DNA of 64,000 nt from Lytechinus pictus (Eukaryota), in contig NC_087250.1 in NCBI RefSeq assembly GCF_037042905.1, positions 9,054,001 to 9,118,000 of the forward strand. Direction: 5' to 3'. How positions within the stretch are numbered: position 1 is the first letter of the stretch; each line of letters starts with the position of its first letter. Below the pieces are notes generated by a model, which was not told the origin of the DNA, ran no database searches, and worked only from the letters and a program-made list of their open reading frames with translations. The position numbers were made by a program, and so were the translations under genes. Below, piece after piece: positions 1 through 13,066 of this stretch.

Positions 1-109
1 CCTGGCAGTAGAAGGGTAATGGGCCTGGCAGAGTAAGAGTTAAACTGCCGTAATGATGGACTTTGTTTCATGTTATCATCTAAAGCAGACCATACTAGAT
101 AGCCCTGAT

Positions 110-1515
110 ACTTCACACTTCTCTGTCCTGTAGTGGTCCTAAAATATATGCTATGTAATTTCTTTGAGTTACGAGTATTATGACAATGGACATCACTGTT
201 GCATTAAACCAATTTTTGAGTGACTTTGGTAGTAATCACTTTTCAGACCTGTACATGAATTCTCCAAGTTGTAACTTACACAATTCGTATATAGTTAGTA
301 CTCTAAATTGTTTAAAAAGGTCTTTTGTGTGAGCCAAATAATGCGTTTTACCAATTATACGTAATGCACGCTTTTGCAACAGATATAATCGATTTAACAA
401 TGTATTTGATGCATTCATCCAAAACATATTCCCATATTGTAAAGTAAGGTAGAACCAAGGTATTGTATAACAACGGTTATACATTTGATGGTAGTACAAA
501 TTTCGGCTTTGACGCCAATTATTCTTGATATCTTCAGTGCGATATCGTTAACATGTAAAGACCATGAAAATTTGTCATCAATATTAACTCCCCCAAAACG
601 GGTACTACTCACTTGCCTCAAGGGTTCTGATGAGTCCGCAAACAATGTAAGCTCTTATCATATTGTTTATTACATGGGACAAAATGCATGAAATTTGTTT
701 TGTCAATGTTTATCCTTAACCCATTCACTTTATACTAATCATTTACATTTTGTATTTCTTTATTTATGTTTTGTATTAAGGTACCTAGGTCTTTTGCACT
801 TGCAAACACATTAGTATCGTCAGCGAAAATAATGTATGAGAAAGCAGAGGATGCATTTGGTAGGTCATTTATATATAAAATGAAAAGCAAAGGCCCCAAT
901 ATTGACCCTTGGGGTACTCCACAGGTCAGCTCTTTTTTTAGATGAAGTTGAATTGTTATAAACAACATATTGTTTTCTGTTTTTTATATAATTCTTAATC
1001 CACTGTAATGAAAAATACCTCACACCATAGTATTCCAGTTTTTATAACAAGACTTGATGAATAATTGAGTCAAATGCTTTGGATATATCTAATGATAAAC
1101 ATATGGAATGTTTGCTCTCATTAAGAGAAGTGCACATTTGATCCAAACAAAATGTGTTAAGGCTAATAAAGTTGAATGTCCTGATCTAAAACCATATTGG
1201 AAATTTGTTAGAATTTTTTTTTTCTCAATATAATCCAGCAGTCTTGAATAGAACAGTTTTTCCGAAATTTTAGAAAAGACAGGCAAGAGAGACACCGGTC
1301 TATAATTACAAAATTGGTCAGAAGAGCCTTTCTTATAGATCGGAGTCACCCGTGCCAGTTTCATACTAGAAGGAAATGTACTTGAGAACAATGAGAGGTT
1401 AAAAATATGTACCAGTGGAGCCAGAATAAAATATAGAGATTCTTTAATGATAGAAACTGTTATATTGTCATGACCAGGGCTTTTACCTATTTTCAATGCC
1501 TTTACTATCACTCAG
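110..1515 (-). mobile_element. Decayed CR1/L2-type LINE, reverse-transcriptase fragment
   Basis: Broken ORFs with KSPGHD, NYRPVSLLP, QYGFR, GVPQGSILGPLLF and FADDT motifs; multiple frameshifts. Confidence 0.9.
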
Positions 1516-1611
1516 GATACAAAATAAAAATAAAACTTAATAATATAGCATTCTCAACCATGTCAGCATTCGACATTTTACAGCTCACTATAAAAGACCC
1601 CCAAATTCCAG

Positions 1612-2834
1612 TGGTATTTCTTGTCTTCAATATTAGCATTTACTACCTTTCTCCGAAATTTCGTACCCCTTGTTTTACCCCCCAAAACTAAGAATTCTCT
1701 TTCTAGAAAGAGCCATATGTAAAAAATCAATAAACAGAAAAAAAGGGTTGCAAACTTTTAAAATGCTTTGGCTGTCTTTCGATATACTACATCAAACTTG
1801 GATCTTTATTACGAGCGATATACTATAAAAACCTGGATACTCACAAAACACTAGATACAACTGATTAGAAAGAGTTATAAAAACCCCACGATAATCACTT
1901 CAAATTAAGAGATAAAGCGATACATAATCGATATCCAATCGATATCTTATCTGTCATAATACTTGTACAAATTAACGTAAACGCAGCATTTTGGTAACAT
2001 TTAATTAAGCTACATAATAATATTGAAGTTCTATAGGAATTACGAAAGAAAGGTCCAATGTGTCAATGTTATCATTTAAGTAAGATTTAGGCAATTTTTT
2101 TTAATTGTGCTGCTTATTTATTATCTTATGTCACTTGGCAGTATTTACATAAGTGGTAATTTTAAGCATCCCAATTATTACTAAACATATCCTTTAACCA
2201 AATATTTCTTTCAGTGTAACCAAACTAATCATTTCAATAACTAGTAGGCATATTTTGTTTCAACAGTTGCCAACTTATTTCTTCTGTAATCTTATGCAAT
2301 TTGGCATTAGTATATAAATGGACATAGTCAATGCTACAACTCTGCTAATACAACTTTTCGTATAAATGTAGAATTATAAGTATATATATAATAAATTTCT
2401 TAAGCGGACCCTCCCCCCCAAAAAAAAAAAAAATTAGTCAAACCACTAACATAATTTAAATTTTTTGTAAACATTTTCTCCAAACCATAAAAGTAAAGCA
2501 CAGACCATGTAGACAACTGACCTATGTACCTTCTACTCTGGCGAAAAGTTCAGTATTGAACAATGACATAATCCATGGTTGGATAAGTATTGTACAAGCA
2601 TTGCATTTTAGTGGGTCCCCCCATTTCCATCTTAATCTAATTTCTATTGTATAATAGTATACATATTTAAAACCTACAATGTGTTGCCCAAATTGTCTAA
2701 GTGTTTTTTCACAACATATGTATCATTAATTTTTTTTTTGCAACGGATAAAAATATTCATATTTATATATGGTATACAATTTGTTTCTGTTTGATGGAAG
2801 TGAAATAAATAAATTTGAATTTGAATTTGAAGTA
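1612..2834 (+). mobile_element. Heavily deleted LINE remnant with 3' (TTTGAA)n tail
   Basis: Short LINE-like peptide scraps, a 3' stem-loop (ACAAGCATTGC...GGGTCCCC) and AATAAA-TTTGAA repeats at 2805-2830; flanked by a 22-bp direct repeat. Confidence 0.5.
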
Positions 2835-3488
2835 ATAAAAGACCCCCAAATTCCAGGTATTATACCAAATTGGTAAAGAATTAGTACGGTCTGCAAAATT
2901 ACAAAGGATAATCACCGCTTTCTTTATTCAGTTACTGTAGAATCAGACAAAAGTTGTCAACTCCACCGAGAAATAACACACCTATACCCTTTATACACAA
3001 AACCCCACCACAAACACACACTCTGAAACACATTACGGTGCGGTATAGGAATAAACTTCCAGTAGTGTTGCCCCCGGAATTCGATGTATATAGGACTGTG
3101 CCATGTCTTTACCCTTTCAGATGACTCCCCCCCCCCAAAAAAAAAAAAAAAAAAAAGAGGGAGAGGGGATTAGGAGAAAAGTCAGAATATTCTCAACTTC
3201 CAATTAGACACACGAATAGTACAATTATGATAGAAAGGGGCATTAAAACCCGCGATTAAAAAATGATGACATATCTACAAAGGGGTCAGCTGACATCTCT
3301 GTCGATGGAACCAACATGTGAATACTTACGACTTGTAAAATAAAAGGCACAACCATTAAAAAGTGAAAGAACGTGAAGTGAATGACATTAAATCAATTTA
3401 GAATTCCACAAGATGCTATCCCCGCCTTCCCCCTTTTCATCGCATCTCTCTCGTACTAGTGACGCTATCGTTACGTCACAATAGACGA

Positions 3489-3596
3489 TTATGGGATAGC
3501 GCGTCCATTCTTGATCATCTGCACTTCGCGTCCCAGCTGGCAGGTGACGCAAAGGCCACAGAAGGTCATGCAAACACAGTCGTTCATCAGGTTGCC
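3489..3596 (-). CDS. Paralog A last coding exon
   Basis: atacag|GGC AAC...CCA TAA, 108 nt, encodes DCVC...CQLGRE. Confidence 0.93.
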   Translation of the reverse strand, partial: GNLMNDCVCMTFCGLCVTCQLGREVQMIKNGRAIP

Positions 3597-6500
3597 CTGT
3601 ATAGGGAGATATAACCCGGGGAATAGTCGTTTTTATTGCACTCTGAATCTACTTGCGCGCATTAAATCAATTCACCATGATTTAGTTATCAAATTATATC
3701 TGATTTTTCCCTTCCATAGGGCTCTTCACTTTGAAAAGAAATTCCAAATATAATTACACAATATAAATTAAACTCATCTGCATACACATATTGGAGATAA
3801 ACGAATATTAACAACATTATGTTATAATTCATCACACTCGTTAGCATAACATTCATAGCTTAGGTTATTGAAGTTGTATGACGACTGCACATAATGTACT
3901 ATCTCATGAATTTGAAGAGTTAAACATTCATTCATTCATTCATTCATTTATTGGTTTTTGCAACATTTTTCATAACAAAATTCTGGACAAGAAAATACAT
4001 ATCTGAAACTTGACATCAAGATAATGAACAATAGTTTTGTATATAAATCCTCAAACATATCTTACATAAATGAAAATCATTAAGTGGTATTTTCTGTTAC
4101 ACAATAAATAGGATGGTTGCAAGGGTCGTCACAAAAGCAAAGCTTGAAAACGTAACAACCCTGGAATATAGCCAAAATAATTAATATCTATTGTCATTAA
4201 ACGTGCAGGTGCATGATGGACTGGGGGGGGGGGGGGGGAGAGGGAGATGCTTGGTCCTTAGCATGGAATTTTAGAAAATAACACGTTTTGTTGTTTGATT
4301 TTAATTTATACATGTTCTAGATAAAAGTCAATGTCTAATTAAAATAATGATAACAATGGTAATTATTTTCTTTTTTTAATTTGTAAGGTATTGGTTTAAT
4401 TGCATTTCTTTTATAGTTCGTTTAAAGGAATAAAATGATCTTGTCAGCTTGAGTGAATCTGGCAATGCATTCCAAATATCAGGTCCATGATGTCTTAGTG
4501 TTTTATGTGCAAATAGTGTACTGGGATTGTTTAAGTGAATATTATTGCATGTTCTTGTTGGATATGAGTGTAAATTGTTATTATATGAAAATAAATCCGT
4601 GAATACTGGAGGAAGCATGTGGTAATTATATCTGTACATAAACAGTGCTATTTGTAAAGTATTAATATCATTTAACTTAAATATTTTCAGACGAAAAAAA
4701 AAAGGGTCTGTATGTGAAAGATATGCAGATTTTGACCAAATTCTAACCGCTTTCTTTTGCAATAAAAGTATATGATTAAGGCTTGTCTTGCAGCTATTCC
4801 CCCAAATGAGGTTACAGAAGTGAATATATGGTAAAATCAATGTATCATATATCATAACATGATATTTCTCTGGTAAGATTTTTTTTAGTCTACATGGTAT
4901 TCCAATTCCTTTAGCTACAGAGGAAGACACGTTGCTTATGTGCGGAGTCCATGATAAATGCTTGTCTATTGTGATACCAAGAAATTTTACGTATTCTTTT
5001 TTATCTAAAGGCACATTATCAATTTTTATATCTTGTGTAAAATTTTCATTTCTATGAGATGATTGAAAATGCATAATATGAGTTTTACTTATGTTGAGAG
5101 ATAAATTATTACATTTAAACCATGATGAAACTTTATTTAATTCTAAATTCATTATATCTATTAATTCTGGTAAGTTCTTGTGAGATAACAAAATATTAGT
5201 ATCATCGGCGAATAAGATGAAAGAAAGAATGGAAGATGAATTTACTATATCATTAATGTATATTAAAAATAACAAAGGTCCCAGAATAGAACCCTGCGGG
5301 ACGCCGCAATTGATAAACGATACAGGATATTTAACATCATTGATAGAAAGGTATTGTTGCCTATTGGAAAGATAACTCTTAATCCATGACCAAGCAATGC
5401 CCCTTATCCCGTAATTATACAACTTATGAAGTAAAATACCATGGTCAATGGTATCGAAAGCTTTACTTAGGTCCATAAATAAAGCAATGGTGTGATTTTT
5501 TTTTTGAAAAAGAGTTTACAACTTTGTCCAGCAAGTTGGTTATTGCGAAATCGGTAGAGAAATTTTTTCTGAATCCAAACTGGGCTCGTGTAATAATCTT
5601 ATTAAATGACAAAAAGGAATCCAATCTTTTGTAAACAATTCTAATATATTTGATATGCATGGTAAGAGGGAAATAGGCCGATAATTTGTAACTTGAGTAG
5701 GATCATCTTTTTTATAAATCGGGATTCCTTTGCTATTTCAATAGCTCAGGAAAGCATCCAGTTGAGAGTGATAAGTTAAAAATATGTTCCAATGGAGAAA
5801 CAATACATGTTACAATTTGCTTTAACAGTTTTGTACTAATACCATCATAGCCTGTTGACTTCTTTGCTGTTAAAGCTTGTACTATTTTAATTATTTCATA
5901 TCAGTCTCTAAATACTATTTTAAGAACTCTAAATATTATTTTAAGAAGAAAAAGAAGAATCAGAAAAAAGAAGAAGAAGAAGAGAGAGAGAGAGAGAGAG
6001 AAGAACATATACTGAAACCCTGGATGACTACCCGGTGAGCGTTTCATCGACACCCTTGTCCAACAAGTTGTCAGATCTGATATCTTGGCTGAGAGGCACT
6101 GTTACTATAGTAACTGTCGGATAAAACGGGACTTGTCGGATAGAACGTCCGACAAGTCCTTTTATGAAACGTTCCCCGGTATTTAGTATTGCATGGACTC
6201 TTATTTTACACGTTTTATAGGCTTCCAAATGCATCCAACTACCAACCGATTTTTGTGGACCTTTGAAAATTTAAATCAATATTAAATCAAAGATAATTCT
6301 ACCACGATAGTATTATTATAAAGTCATTGTATTTGATAATGGTTCCCTTTAAAGCAGATACGAACCAATCGCGCCATCTCAAGTCCTCAACTACTCATAT
6401 AATGCTAGTATAGTCTAGTAATATAGACCCACTTGAATGATAACATGCTAATAAACTACTCAATACAATTATACCGCAATTATTATGTTACCAAGTAGCA

Positions 6501-9500
6501 AAACAATTACGTTTCCTCTCAAACAATACATTTCCTCTCAAAACATTTTAGTTTATCTAAACAAAATACAATTATAGGTCAATTCATTCTCTGTAGTAAT
6601 TGTAAATATCCGAAAACGTATATTTTAAGACTTTGTATTTATAACACACATTCAATTAGAGACCACACACAGTTCACTTCACCTTTAAAACCTCCCCGGA
6701 AATTAAAAGAGAACAAAACCGAAAGCAAATAAAAGAAAACAAACATACACCAGCACCAAAGGAAACAGCGACAAAATAAAATACAAATACAAATAAAACA
6801 GAGACACTGATATCATAAACATCAAATCATATATAGATTGTGGTTATTAATAGAAAGGTGCGGGAGCAATTCTATTCCATAAAGACGTATTTTTAATGAT
6901 TCTCCTTGAATTTCTGCGTGTAAATGCTATGAAAATAATTTTTGTAATAAGCTTGTAGTCAAACAGGTGACAACTATAACTTCACTTAGCTACTTGTCCT
7001 CGCTCACCCCCGAATTTCATTATGCTCCTGTTGCAAATGCCCCCCCCCCAATAGGTTGGACTTTTTACTGTCTCTGGGCTTTCCTCTTGAAAACCTTTTT
7101 TCGTTTAAATGTAATCTGTTGTTTTTTATATTCCTTGATTTTATGTTTTCAATCATGCAAAACCTTTAAATTTTGATTTTGGATGATTAATTTCAATAAA
7201 AACGTAAATGAAAAAGTTATAATTTCATACTCTGGAGTTATCAAAGAGCTTGAATTTAAAGATAACTTACAGCGATGTTGTGGCGTGAACGTACAACTGC
7301 ACGCATGGAGATGAGAGCGGACGGGATGCACATAGGCACGCAACAGGACTCATCCATATCCGCGGCCAGCATGCATGGATAACAGGGCACAAATGTCGTA
7401 CACAGACCTAAAACATACAACAGAGATCCCAAAGTAGTTTTATCATCATGATTATTGATAAATTACATACAAGTGTTTTTTTCTCACCGTAGATATTCGT
7501 AGCTGGGACGATATAACTAGTTTTATGAGATATTGACCTCTCCTATTTATCTTATGCTCATTGTCATTCTGAAGATGATCTTTATTACAATTTTTTAATT
7601 ACCATTGTCATAATGATTGTAATTGCAACTACACATCATGAATATTCACGAAAACGAATCGTAAAGCTAAAATAATTTGCGAGATTCATTCAGTCCGTCA
7701 AACTGCTTATTGTGATAATTCTTGCGCTTATAATCAATGAAAAGGTTTCTGGTGGGTGTTTCATAAAGCTGTTCGTAAGTAATTAAGAGGGACTTTAAGA
7801 ACGACTGGTGATCCCTTTTGTTGTGAATGGTATATTCATTGGCGATGGATCAACGCGCAAGAAAGGTTCATCAGTCGCTCTTAACAGCATTATGAAAGAT
7901 GTGAGAATTCATATAAAAAATACACAATGTGAAGAAATGTTATCTTATTCAGAGACTTCAAATTCTGTGGTATTAAACGATAATAAGGGGACAAAAAAAA
8001 AAATCGTAGGAAAAGAAAGTTGGGGGGGGGGGGTGAGGTATGACTTTCGTCAACGACTTACAAATGGTCATATCGTCACAGCATCCGCACATCTCCGTAG
8101 TCCAGTCACGTGGTGGCCCGCGAGGCATCATGGGATTGCCAGTCACTTGAGTCACCTAGTTTGACGTAACAATAAATTCATGATTCAATTATTCATTTGT
8201 TATTGTTTTATTAATTTTTATCATTCACAATAGGCAAATAAAAATATTGATTTATTGATTTAATACTGTAAGTCATATTAATAAAAAAAAATATTTGAAC
8301 TATTCCCAATACGGTTTCAGATCAAATTCATCTTGTGATATGGCACTTAATAACCTCCATGATTATCTCCTTAATAATATGGATAAAAACTTACATTCAT
8401 TTGGTATATTTCTTGATCTGAGTAAGGCGTTTGATGTAATTAATCACAATATTTTACTTTAAAAACTTTATCATTTTGGTATACGCGGAGTTGCGTTTAA
8501 GCGGTTTAAGGATTATTTATCTGATCGTTTTCAATTATACTATATATGATAATGCTATCTCTCGTAATGAGAGGGTCCGGTGTGGAGTCCCCCAGGGCTC
8601 CACACTGGGCCCTCTCTTGTTTTTAATATATATTAATGATTTATGCAATGTTACTATTTTTCGTCCTCTTTGCAGATGACACAAACTTAATTGCTTCCAA
8701 TTTTGACTTTGATATTCTTGGGAAAATACAAATGAAGAATTAATTGAGATTACGAATTGGTTTCAAGTCAATGAATTAGTAATAAACTATGAAAAGACAA
8801 CCTTTATGTATTTTAGTAAAGATCATATAAAACATTGTATTTCAGATGTTAATATATTCATGAATGGAACCCCTTTGAGTACTTCGACAACCTCTAAATT
8901 TCTTGGAATTACTTTAGATGATTCATTATCATATGTCATATTCATTATTTACAACAACCATCGTTCTATTATATCCAATAAAATTGAAAAAAAATGCTGG
9001 TATTCTTTTTAAACTAAGTAGCTTTTTGCCACAGAAAGATTTGATTGATAATAGTCTTACCTTACCTTATCTCCAATATTGCAATATTGTTTAGGCAAAT
9101 ACTGGAACAACAAAATTTGAACCCTTTCTTACATTGCAAAAGAAAATTCCAAGAATATGTACGAATTCACCTTTTAGATCTCATTCACGACCTTTATTTA
9201 TATATGACATTCATACATTTCAGATTGCATCTGTGACGTTCCGACCAGTTAGCAACATAATCCCTTCTAACATCTCCGAAATGTTTATCATAAATCGTTC
9301 AGTTCATTCTCATAATACTCGGTCAAGCAATAAATGTCATTATCCTCAAGTTAACACCAACATTCTACTAAATTCATTAAGGCAACGTGGCCCTCGTATA
9401 TGGAACAATCTTTCTGATAATATCAATTGTTCAACTACATTAACTTCATTTAAAGCCATGTTAAAAAACGTGTATATAAGTGAATATTCAAAATAATTTT

Positions 9501-12500
9501 TTTCTGCCTAATTTCAGAATTTCCCCGACTGCTGTCCCCCGTCCCCCTTGTACATGTATGTATGCTAGTGATTGCTGATGCTGTGTGTATATTTTTCATT
9601 TGATTTTCATATTAATTTTTTTCTTGTTTTACGAGGAGCTACAACTCACAAGTTCTTATGAACTTTTCAATAGTTTACCTTTTTCTCTTTTACATGTGAT
9701 TTTCATTCTTGTACCTATTGTATATTGTTTTTTGTTTATATTGGTGAGAAATAAATAAATTGGACTTGAATTTAACTTGAATTTATTTAAGAAAATACTG
9801 AAATTTGATTTTTTTTTGTAATAAAATTGTTTGTATGGATGAAAAAACACACCCAGAGTGAAAGAAAATAAAAAGAGACATTCGTGCAGACATTTTCAAT
9901 ACATTAGTGACTGAGGAGCGTTGTGGCGATTGATTAGTCTCCCGACTTTGAAACGGAGTGCCGTGCGTTCGAACCCCAACCATGGTGTATTTTCCTTCAG
10001 CAAGAAATAGATCCACATGATGCTTTACTCGAGCAAGGTGAGGTGAATGGGTACTCTGTCCGATTTATTCCTTGAAGCTTGGCGCCTATTTTTATGACGC
10101 CTTAGCTATTTCCTGGGAAATTACATAAAACCACTCATCACGCAAAGTGCGCTACACAAAATAATGGATCATCATTGTTACTCAAACATCGTAATCTATT
10201 TGATCTCTTGGGTAGAAATTATTATACATGAAATGGAAAGAAATTAAGATGGTGCTTCGGGGCTCCGTATGACAAAGGTTAGCTATTAATCCTACGCTTG
10301 ATTTTCACGTTTAATTGTACATTGTAGTCAAATCAATCAATCACACACAAAAAATACGATCATTGCTAAGCGTTTACTTTATTTTTAACTTTCCTGAAGC
10401 ACCAAGCAATGATTTCGAGAGCGTTTTTTTTTTCTGGGCTTTGTTTTGATAACAAATCAGTCACAAGTGAGAAAGAGGGGCCTTGCAGTTTATGTTTTAA
10501 AGTCAACTCAATGTTCCACTGTGCCTTTAATAGCTTGCTTTTTTGTAGATTCCCTTCATCTGCAGGTTTGTTGACAACGTAATACGAAATTGGTGAACTT
10601 TATGTGGCATTAATGAAATAACCTTTAGGTATTGATATCCGTGTCTCATCATCTCTAACCGTTTTTCCCACTCAGCATCATCCCCTCCTCTATTTGATTC
10701 ATTTCGGATCTCCATGGAAACCGGGTTGCCATGGATACCACAAACACCACAGAATCTATTTACATTCATGGATCTCAGCAATCATCGCATTTCGATTGTG
10801 GCACAGTCACAACGCTGAGGCGGACTCCAGACCGATCAAAGATATTATGCGATTTACAATGCAATATCGTCGATCGGTGTAGGTCATGATGGTGAGTCTG
10901 AACGTTACCCTTACTAGGCCCCGTCTTACAAAGAGTTACGATTGATCCAATCAACCACACCTATGGAAAGCCAGCAACGTTAACATATAAAATGCATGTT
11001 TATTCATAATACTTTCTAGATTAGGCTATCCATATATTAATCGTTTCTTAAAATTCAGTGTGCTTTTTTTTTATTACAAAAGGGCACTGTGCATATTTCC
11101 TGTAGAAAAAATAGGACGTTCATGGATTGCCAGAAAGTTGGGATTTATCGGATCAATCGCAAATCTTTGTAAGACGGGGCCCCGCACTCATCCAATACTT
11201 TTATCAGATTTCATGATACCCACTCTTTCATGTCACTTGTACAGATGCCAAAAATAGTAATAAATAGATAAATCCATGCCCTCCAGCCGCCAGCGGCACA
11301 TATCGCATATAAAGGGACGGCATCAGGACATTTTGATAGGGGGGATACGATCTTAGATAACGCCATATGTCTATATATATGTTTTTTTTAAAGGAGGATT
11401 ATATAAGTAGAATTATTAGACTTAACATTTGTTTTAATTCTTTCCTCTTATATCCTATTTTTCTTTCTCTCCCTTTTCGTTTTTCTTTTATTTTATTTTA
11501 CTACTTGACAAAATCACTGTGGATGCTATCGCCCCCGCCCCACTGCCCTTCCATTGATGAAGGCGCGGATCCAGGGGGGCACGTGTAAAAATGCCATTAA
11601 AACCGAGGTGTGGGCCCCCTCTTTAGAAATTGAAGACTTTTTTTTTTTGCTTGTCCAATTTTTTCGGGTACGAAATATCCTTAATCTGAATTTTTGGTTT
11701 TAAACCTTTTCTTGTTTTTGGCTAATCAAAATTTTCCTCCGAAAATTTGCCCCCCCCCCTTTGGAAAATCCTGGATCCGCCCCTGCTCCCTATATGGTAT
11801 CAACCCGCATACGGCATGTTTTATCTCTGATGTGACTAAACGGTATTTCTCTGGTGGGTTTATGAAAACATATCAATAAATTAATTTTCATTTGTTTAGT
11901 TATCGTGATTGTTTCCACTGGGAGGTTCTTAAGCAAATTACCTTTTCGATGTAATAAAAACATAAATTTAGGACGGGGACATTTTGATGACGCACTGTAC
12001 GTTCTACCATAGTCTATTTTCTGTATTTTTGTAAAATGGTTGTACGCCTCATGTATTCGCATGTTATATACATGTATAAAACAAGTACTTTCTTTGTTGG
12101 TGTGCTGATATGAAAATAGCTATTAATGCTTTTTTTGTGCTTTCACTTATTTATTTTGACGTAAAAAAACATAGCAGTATTCGTATAAGTCAATTTTACG
12201 TGTTGCGAAGCTTTCATTATTTTTTAACCTCATTAATATGTCATATTTTTAAGTACACTAGGGGCTCTTCATAAGGGCGGCAGTATATTTCACTCAAAGT
12301 ATATTCATTTTGATCATAGTTACAATAAATGCAGAAACTTCTGCAAAAAAGTTAACCTTGAATTAATGAAGAAAACTATTTGAAAATCAAGCTGAATGAC
12401 TGTCTTGACTGGTTTGACCGCCGAGTTGGTTGGTTATCTATCGATTGGCCTTGATGGTAGGCCTGGTTGGTTAACCACGGGTTTGGGCTTGAGGGAAAGC

Positions 12501-13066
12501 CTGGTTGGTCAAGTACAGGTTGGGCTTGAGGAAAAGCATGCATTGGTTAAGTACACTGCAAAAACTCTGGTGTTGACTTAACACCAGCCGGAATCTATAT
12601 ATGAACACACCAGAGAAGTGTTAAACAACACCTCTTTCGTTTTGGTCTAACACGAGATAGGTGTTTATACAACATCAATTAGTATTAAAACAGCATCGGT
12701 TTGATTCCAAACTGGTGTTGTTTCAATACTTTTCTGGTGTGGACATGATAGATTCCGGTCTGGTGTTAAATCAACACCGGAGTTTTTGCAGTGTAATGAC
12801 TGTCTGCTAGGCTGGGTGGACCGCACCAGTAATTTCTATACTATGGGTCGGCCTTGAAGATAGACCTGCTTCGTTAACCACGGGTTTGGGCTTGAGGAAA
12901 GGCTGGTTGGTTAAGTACGGATTGGGCTTGAGGAAAAACATGGTTGTTTAACTAAAAGATATGAAAATGTTTTGAAACTAACCTGAATGATTGTCTGTGC
13001 TGCTGGCTGTACCGTTACAGTCGGTTGGTTAAAAACCGGTTGTTGGCCTTGAGGATATGTCTGCAT
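3489..13066 (-). CDS. PLAC8/cornifelin-family cysteine-rich protein, paralog A (140 aa), join(13066..12983,8155..8062,7407..7271,3596..3489)
   Basis: GT-AG introns give MQTYPQGQQPVFNQPTVTVQPAAQTIIQ|VTQVTGNPMMPRGPPRDWTTEMCGCCDDMTI|CLCTTFVPCYPCMLAADMDESCCVPMCIPSALISMRAVVRSRHNIA|GNLMNDCVCMTFCGLCVTCQLGREVQMIKNGRAIP*. It has the PLAC8 hallmarks W-x-T-x-x-C-x-C-x-D-D, R-x-x-x-R-x-R-H-N-I-x-G and D-C...C-Q-x-x-R-E. An in-frame TGA just upstream fixes the ATG. Confidence 0.92.
3925..5900 (-). mobile_element. 5'-truncated CR1/L2-type LINE in the last intron of paralog A
   Basis: ORF 4376..5476 (DLSKAFD, GVPQGSILGPLLF, FADDT, FLGITID); frameshifted upstream RT pieces; (TGAA)n tail at 3925-3950. Confidence 0.93.
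6353..6684. mobile_element. TTAA-flanked non-autonomous element (Kolobok-like), copy 1
   Basis: Closely similar to 29510..29857; TTAA on both sides; one end recurs inverted at 58935. Confidence 0.65.
7271..7407 (-). CDS. Paralog A coding exon 3
   Basis: ttttag|GT CTG...ATC GCT|gtaagt, 137 nt. Confidence 0.93.
8062..8155 (-). CDS. Paralog A coding exon 2
   Basis: ctag|GTG...ATT T|gtaagt, 94 nt, encodes PRDWTTEMCGCCDD. Confidence 0.92.
8280..9785 (+). mobile_element. Decayed CR1/L2-type LINE RT fragment with 3' end
   Basis: DLSKAFD, GVPQGSTLGPLLF, FADDT, FLGITLD and GPRIWNNL motifs; AATAAA-(CTTGAA) tail. Confidence 0.9.
9914..10180 (+). mobile_element. tRNA-headed SINE (family 2), decayed
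   Basis: A-box-like GTGGCG and B-box GTTCGAACCC; body homologous to 21905..22180 (-) and 57208..57545 (+). Confidence 0.65.
10708..10738. promoter_or_regulatory. Tandem RFX X-box-like motifs in intron of paralog A
   Basis: ATCTCCATGGAAAC followed 3 nt later by GTTGCCATGGATAC; motif match only. Confidence 0.35.
10916..11182. mobile_element. Harbinger-like MITE (GGCCCCGTCTTACAAAGAGTTACGATTGATCC TIR), copy 1
   Basis: About 35-bp TIR; homologous copies at 58309..58580 and 60112..60386. Confidence 0.8.
11561..11785. mobile_element. hAT-like MITE (GGCGCGGATCCAGG...CCTGGATCCGCCCCTG)
   Basis: TIR pair similar to the 20753..21202 element. Confidence 0.6.
12392..12953 (-). pseudogene. Two degenerate tandem copies of paralog A exon 1 (pseudo-exons), split by a MITE
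   Basis: Repeats of CCTCAAG(C/G)CCAA...AACCAACC resemble exon 1. The copy at 12392 ends ACAGTCATTCAG|cttgattttcaaa versus the real ACAATCATTCAG|gttagtttcaaa. Confidence 0.7.
12554..12793. mobile_element. CACTA/EnSpm-like MITE (CACTGCAAAAACTC TIR, 2-bp TSD TA)
   Basis: Long TIR; sister copy 21539..21764 has a different 2-bp TSD (TG). Confidence 0.82.
12983..13066 (-). CDS. Paralog A coding exon 1 (QP-rich N-terminus)
   Basis: ATG CAG ACA...ATC ATT CAG|gttagt, 84 nt, phase 0; acceptor tatctatag near 13083. Confidence 0.8.

Noticed and set aside
627..645. CTGATGAGTCC as a hammerhead core
   Set aside because: No closing stem or GAAA box; it lies in frame within LINE RT coding sequence on the other strand.
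4376..5476. 366-aa ORF as a host gene or active reverse transcriptase
   Set aside because: 5'-truncated LINE ORF2 with frameshifts upstream.
10823..10838. GACTCCAGACCGATCA shared by the equivalent introns of A and B as a conserved enhancer
   Set aside because: The copy at 33245 lies inside an inverted-repeat MITE remnant, so shared transposon origin is the simpler explanation.
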